Below, piece by piece: positions 6,978 to 11,448 of a stretch of 11,448 nucleotides of DNA. Numbering within the stretch: position 1 is the first letter of the stretch; each line of letters starts with the position of its first letter. The notes below the pieces were generated by a model. That model was not told the DNA's origin, did not search any database, and was given only the letters and a program-made list of their open reading frames with translations. The position numbers and the translations under genes are program-made. Source of the DNA: an uncultured archaeon. Its GTDB lineage: Archaea > Hadarchaeota > Hadarchaeia > Hadarchaeales > Hadarchaeaceae. The stretch spans positions 1-11,448 of the forward strand of contig CAKZTQ010000005.1 in NCBI GenBank assembly GCA_937921735.1, in the 5' to 3' direction.

Positions 6978-7922
6978 CTAAGCTTGCGAACTTATCATTC
7001 TTAGCTTCAAAAAGTTACAAAATGCATCTGGCAACTCCTCTGCAAAATCCAATTCAACTTCCGCAGACGGGTGGTCCACTACTTTTTGCCTCATCCACCC
7101 AGGGAACCATATCGCTGGACATTGTCCCAAGTATATTGCCCACATTGAGAACGTCGACCCTGACGTCACTAAAACGAACGAGCTCGCCAAAGTGAGCAGA
7201 TCAGCTATAGCTGAGGTTCGAATAATGTGTAGATTTTTCACCTTCATTAGAGGACCCATTTCCCAGGGGCTACCATCTGTAAACACGTAAACAGGTGTGT
7301 TGCTGCCGAGTTGCTGGCGAAGTTTGTCAATCTGATTAATATACCAAGTCAGAGGTAGCCTGCACTTCCAAGGATTCTCTTTGACGAATTCTGTGTCCGG
7401 AGCAGATGGCAAATCACCCATCCGCACATGCACACTTATGGAGGGCCATGGCAGGGTTCGAATAAGGTTTCTATGATGACGTGAGACTATTTTATAAAGC
7501 TCACATTTAATCAACGGATGCCAGCCCAAAACGGGCCTAAAGAGATTCTTCATACCCTCGAATACAAACACCCAGTCACCATTCGATGTGTTCATATCAG
7601 ATGAATTTGAATTAAAATCCTCTTCAGTCATCTTCCTCGAGCTAAGAAGAATTCTCATTTTCTTCAGCCCGAAAACATATTCATCAGTAGGAGTAAAGTA
7701 TCCTATATAGTGCCTCTTTATGAGCTCGAAGGCTATGTCTAACCGCCTTGACAAGTATAACTGGGGCCATGTAGGCCAAATTAATCGTAATCGAAAACGT
7801 TTTGCTACTACAACAGCCCTTGCCCAAGGAAACAGCAGATTCCCTAAGCCTGCTCCAGAGATTCTCATAAAGCCAAGGTGCAGATATTTCCACGGTAGCC
7901 TCGGATAGACAAATACTGCCAT
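6978..7922 (-). CDS. Glycosyltransferase family 11 (alpha-1,2-fucosyltransferase-like)
   Basis: GLGNLLF, SVHVRMGD (HxRxGD), VFTD and STFSMWA are GT11 hallmark motifs. ATG 7922 has GAGGTG 8 nt upstream; the ORF track uses GTG 7931. Confidence 0.85.
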   Translation of the reverse strand: MAVFVYPRLPWKYLHLGFMRISGAGLGNLLFPWARAVVVAKRFRLRLIWPTWPQLYLSRRLDIAFELIKRHYIGYFTPTDEYVFGLKKMRILLSSRKMTEEDFNSNSSDMNTSNGDWVFVFEGMKNLFRPVLGWHPLIKCELYKIVSRHHRNLIRTLPWPSISVHVRMGDLPSAPDTEFVKENPWKCRLPLTWYINQIDKLRQQLGSNTPVYVFTDGSPWEMGPLMKVKNLHIIRTSAIADLLTLASSFVLVTSGSTFSMWAIYLGQCPAIWFPGWMRQKVVDHPSAEVELDFAEELPDAFCNFLKLRMISSQA

Positions 7923-8515
7923 TAATGCCACACCTCGCTAAAGAGCTCGGCATTTGGATTGACCCAAAACGCAATACTGCGGTCGGAGCGCGTTCCCGCG
8001 GTGAGGATCACGGAGGCACCGGGTGAGTTGCCGGCCGCGAACTCGGGGGCCGGAACCGAGGGGCGCCGCTCCCTTAGCGCCAGTGCCCGGCCGTTCCGGT
8101 TCTCGAAGGCTTCGCGTATCAGCGCCCGCACCCAGTTGCCCGTGCCCAGGAGCACGGTGGACTTGTTGACCACCACCGTGAAGCGGCTGTTCAGGTGCTC
8201 GCCGATGGCGCAGGCGGCCTGCTCCACCGCGTCCAGCACGGGCCGGGCGTCGGGCGCGGCGGGCGTGCCCACCGCGATGAACACCGCGTCGGCGTGGGGA
8301 ACCGCCTCCCGGTAGTCGGTGGCGAAGCGGATCCGGGCGCGCACGTCGGCCAGCAGGCGCTCGGCGTGGGGCTCGTAGAAGGGAAGACGGCCCTTTCGCA
8401 GGGAGGCGATCTTCTGCCGGTCGATGTCCACGCAGGTCACTTCGTGGCCCAGGTAGGCGAAGACCAGGCCGGTGGTGAGGCCGACGTAGCCGGTGCCGAG
8501 GATGGCGATGTGCAT
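7922..8515 (-). pseudogene. ugd: Truncated UDP-glucose/GDP-mannose 6-dehydrogenase family gene (N-terminal NAD-binding part only)
   Basis: AGGAGG SD and ATG 8515; IAILGTGYVGL, VDID, PFYEP, FIAVGTP and VNKSTV motifs. Recognisable similarity stops at about 8087 (~143 codons). The PEFLREG and catalytic-Cys regions are absent. Confidence 0.88.
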
Positions 8516-8969
8516 AACCGGTATCCTCCTGTGCGACGGGCCTGAGCCGGGTGCCGGGGGACAGACGCGGTCCACAGGCGGCGGAGGGCGAGCGGGCAGC
8601 TCCGCAGGCGGTCATTACTTCCACTACTTCCAGGTTCCGGAGACCCGGGTTTCCAGTGCTCCCGACGCAAATAACAGGCCCTGGTACCAGAATCGAGTAC
8701 CGCATCACGGGTTCCGGACACTGTATCCCGATGTGCCGGGTGTCCTTGCCGCCGTAAGACCGGTCCAAGGCCGCTTGCTCCACTCAGCCCAGCCCGTCAG
8801 GACCCTTTGCTTGGCCCCATTCGCAGGACCTCTGGGAGATTCCTGCCAGCGGGGCTGCTGTCCCAGCGAGCAACTTGGGGAGCGCGGGAAGGCTCTCACT
8901 GGGGGCTGAGATCCGCTACCGACCTACTGCTACGCCGCCCATGACGCTTTGCCCGTGTGCACGCTGGAC

Positions 8970-9850
8970 GGGGGTTCCGTCAATAGGTGTGTAAACGTGC
9001 TCAGGCAGCGTAGACCTTGGCCAGCAACTCCAGGGCATTGAGCCGCCGGAACCTCTTCTGGGCCACCATCAGCATCTTCCAGATCACCGCCGTGGCTCGC
9101 TCCACCTTCTTGAACCGCTTCGCCGCATCTGTCCGCAGCCGTAGCGCGGCGAAGGGCGACTCCACCACATTGGTGGTCCGCAGATGGCGCCAGTGCTCCT
9201 TGGGGTACCGGTAGAACGTCACCATCCGCTCCCAGTCCCGCCCCAGCGTCTCCGCCGCCTTCCCGTACCCGTGACGGTGGCACCACTCCTCGAACTCCTT
9301 GCGCTTGCGCTCCGCCTCCGCCCGCGTCGAGGCGTAGGCGATGGCGCCCAGCCTCGACTTGGCTACCGCCTGCTGCCGGCGCGGCAACTGTTCCAACACA
9401 TTGAGCACCTTGTGGTTCCAGCAACGTTGCTCCTCCGCGTCCGGCCAGACGTTGCGCAGCGCGCCCCAGATCCCCAGGTGCCCGTCCCCGATCACCAGCC
9501 GGGGGGCGTTCATCCCCCGCTCCCGCAGGTCCCGCAGCACCGCCGACCAGCTCTCCACCGACTCCCGGTAGCCTGGCACGACCGACACCACCTCCTTGCG
9601 GCTGTCCACCAGGCCCGCTCAGGCCGATCAGCAGCGCCGCCCGCTCCCACTCCAGCCCCGCCTTCACGTACACCCCGTCCACCCACAGGTACACCACTGC
9701 AACCCCTCCAGCCGCCGCCTCCGCACGCCTCCCACTCCCCCTGCCACCGCTCCAGCTAGGCGCGCCACGGTGCGCGCAGAAAGCGGTGCCTCCTCGCCCA
9801 AAAGCCCCCACAGGGCCAGGTCGGAGTCCCCCACGACGCAGCCGGCCCGT
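8970..9850 (-). mobile_element. 5'-truncated IS256-family element (a different IS256 type from the one at 2226-5075)
   Basis: Transposase motifs plus a right end TTTACACACCTATTGACGGAACCCCC (minus strand, 8970-8995) immediately after the stop. No left end visible; left boundary approximate. Confidence 0.85.
9001..9830 (-). pseudogene. IS256 transposase fragment
   Basis: GDSDLALWGLLGEEAPLSARTVARL / VVYLWVDGVYVKAGLE / GYRESVESWSAVLRDLRERG..LVIGDGHLGIWGAL..EQRCWNHK..WRHLRTTNVVESPFAALRLRT spread over three frames; N-terminus missing. Confidence 0.9.
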
Positions 9851-9869
9851 CCACGGTCGCCCGCCGCTG

Positions 9870-10223
9870 GTACCGCTTGGTGCGGAAGGCTAGCTTCCAG
9901 AAAACGCTTTGGATTACGGAAGGCTGAGCGGAAAACCTCTTCGGAGGACATATAAACTGCCCCGTGCCATTCCAGGGTAGGTAGCAGGTCCACGTGACCC
10001 CAAGTCCAGAAAAATCCTTGCACGTAAGAACGCTCCACGCCCATAGGCGTTGCCCCAACTCGTTCAAGAGCAGGGAGGAGAAAGAGGGCAAATCCCGGAC
10101 CAGCAGATCCACATCCGCGCCCCTAGCAAGGTTAGAAACGATATTAGGGTTGCGCAACACTACGTAGCCCTCGGTTTCTTTCAGAAAGGCACAAAGTCGT
10201 TCAACAGGTTCAATGAGTTCCAC
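9870..10223 (-). pseudogene. Truncated, frameshifted gene with a nucleotidyltransferase-like N-terminus
   Basis: GTG 10223 with a GGAGG SD, overlapping the upstream GT stop. YVVLRN...GADVDLLV (G-x-D-x-D) is followed by a frameshift at about 10043 into ERSYVQGFFWTWGHVDLLPTLEWHG, then abuts IS256 sequence. Family assignment is tentative. Confidence 0.5.
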
Positions 10224-11350
10224 GCTGATAGGCCTCCACCAATTGCGCAGCAATCGTGCGCCAACTATATCGTTCCTCCACCAAAGTCTGGGCCCTGCGA
10301 CCCATCCGCTCCAGCTCCGCGGGAGAAAACCTGGCGAAGGCCCGCAAGGCCTCTGAAAGCTCATCTATTCTGGGTTCGACCGTTAACCCAGCACCACATG
10401 TCCTAATATCGCCCGGATCCGCTGCCTGGGAGACCAGTACTGGCGTGCCCATGGCCAGGGCCTCGAGGACGCTGAACGGAATCCCTTCCGACCTCGAAGG
10501 GTGCACGAACACATCCGCTCCAGCCAAATAGGCCCACTTTTCTTCTCCAAAAGCCGGTCCCGTAAACGCTACCTGCCTATCCAGCCCTAACTGCTGGGCC
10601 TGTTCCTGTAAGCGCAGTAGGCTCCCCCGCCAGGCCGGGCCCACCAAGACCAGGACCGCTTTCTGGATGCGGGCCATTGCAAAAGCTTCCAACAGGGGGT
10701 CAAGTCCCTTGTGAGCTGGATGCAGTCGCCCCAGGTAAAGAAAGACCCGCTTACCCTGTAAGGATAGGAAAACGCTCCAGGAGGGGATTTGCGTCTACGT
10801 TAGCAGGCACCATATCCAGGTCAATGCCATTGGGCAGCACGACTACCCGGGCTCGTATCCCCAACAACCTCAGGCCCTCCTGTCGTTATGGCTTACTGCG
10901 TGCACAAATCGCGCCTCCTCCAGGCAGGGCTTCACCAAGAGGCGCACATAGACCTTCGCCGCGGGCCTCACCTGTGCTAACCGCCCCGGGGAAAGCCGCC
11001 GTGCGGAGTTATTACATAGGGAATCTCCTGCCAGTGCAGAGCCCTGCCCACGCCGATAAACAGGCCGATGTGCACGGAATGGAAAGGTACCAAATCCCGC
11101 TTCCACCGCAACAGCTCCTCCAGAAGCCGTTTCGGCGCCCCCGCCAAAACCTCGCTAACCTTCCGAACGGGGGTGGCAAGTCTTTCACCTCTACGCCGGG
11201 CACCGGAATGGGCTCCTTAACGGTCAGGGAAACTATACCTACCTCAGCTCCCAAAGCAGCCTGGTGGCGGGACAGGTGGTAGACAGCTTCGTCCACCCCG
11301 TTGGCGCCATCGGGATTACAGCGGCCGAGCAGCACGTGAGCGATGCGCAT
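10210..11350 (-). pseudogene. Glycosyltransferase family 4, frameshifted
   Basis: MRIAHVLLG...NGVDEAVYHL / DLVPFHSV..IPYVITPHGG / ARFVHAVS / VVLPNGID / FLYLGRLHPAHKGLD...PSRSEGIPFSVLEALAMGTPV. Joining these needs about four frame changes (near 11140, 10995, 10880, 10760). Confidence 0.88.
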
Positions 11351-11353
11351 ACC

Positions 11354-11448
11354 TCAATCCGTCCCCTTGGCCAACCAGAAGGCGAAGGCGGCAAGGGCGT
11401 TGACCAGCAAGAGAGCCTGAACGGCCCCTCCAAGGCCGTGTGCCCACA
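11354..11448 (-). CDS. C-terminus of a membrane protein, possibly a Wzx-like flippase (5'-partial)
   Basis: ...WAHGLGGAVQALLLVNALAAFAFWLAKGTD* is hydrophobic with a GLxGA pattern, and stops 3 nt before the GT start. Only 30 residues are visible. Confidence 0.45.
   Translation of the reverse strand, partial: WAHGLGGAVQALLLVNALAAFAFWLAKGTD

Noticed and set aside
8780-8810. GPDGLG resembling a kinase P-loop
   Set aside because: Followed by a stop rather than KS/KT and lacks the preceding hydrophobic strand.
8950-8985. Outward -35 TTGACG in the IS256 right end as a hybrid promoter
   Set aside because: No credible -10 at 16-18 nt in the flank (GCACAC region). The same applies to the IS110 -35 in its integrated state.
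1-11448. CRISPR array, tRNA/rRNA, defence-system genes
   Set aside because: No regularly spaced repeats, RNA-gene signatures or recognisable defence-protein motifs seen.

Overview
Minus-strand surface-polysaccharide (Wzx/Wzy-type EPS/CPS/O-antigen-like) biosynthesis locus that has been heavily remodelled. In transcription order (right to left): 3' end of a flippase-like membrane gene; a frameshifted GT4; a truncated nucleotidyltransferase-like gene; a 5'-truncated IS256 relic; a truncated UDP-glucose dehydrogenase; an intact, visibly AT-richer cassette (GT11 fucosyltransferase-like, SAM methyltransferase-like, Wzy-like polymerase); a second decayed IS256; and two intact GT4 genes. An apparently intact IS110-family element with IS1111-type architecture (2692-4231) sits inside the second IS256. 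Its ends, AG core, empty target site, circle-junction promoter and a downstream two-loop bridge/seekRNA-like non-coding region can all be read from the sequence. The most interesting speculative point is that one putative target guide (CCCUCCU) is anti-Shine-Dalgarno-like, and the occupied site lies next to GGAGGTG. All product calls rest on motifs recognised by eye; no database searches or folding programs were run.
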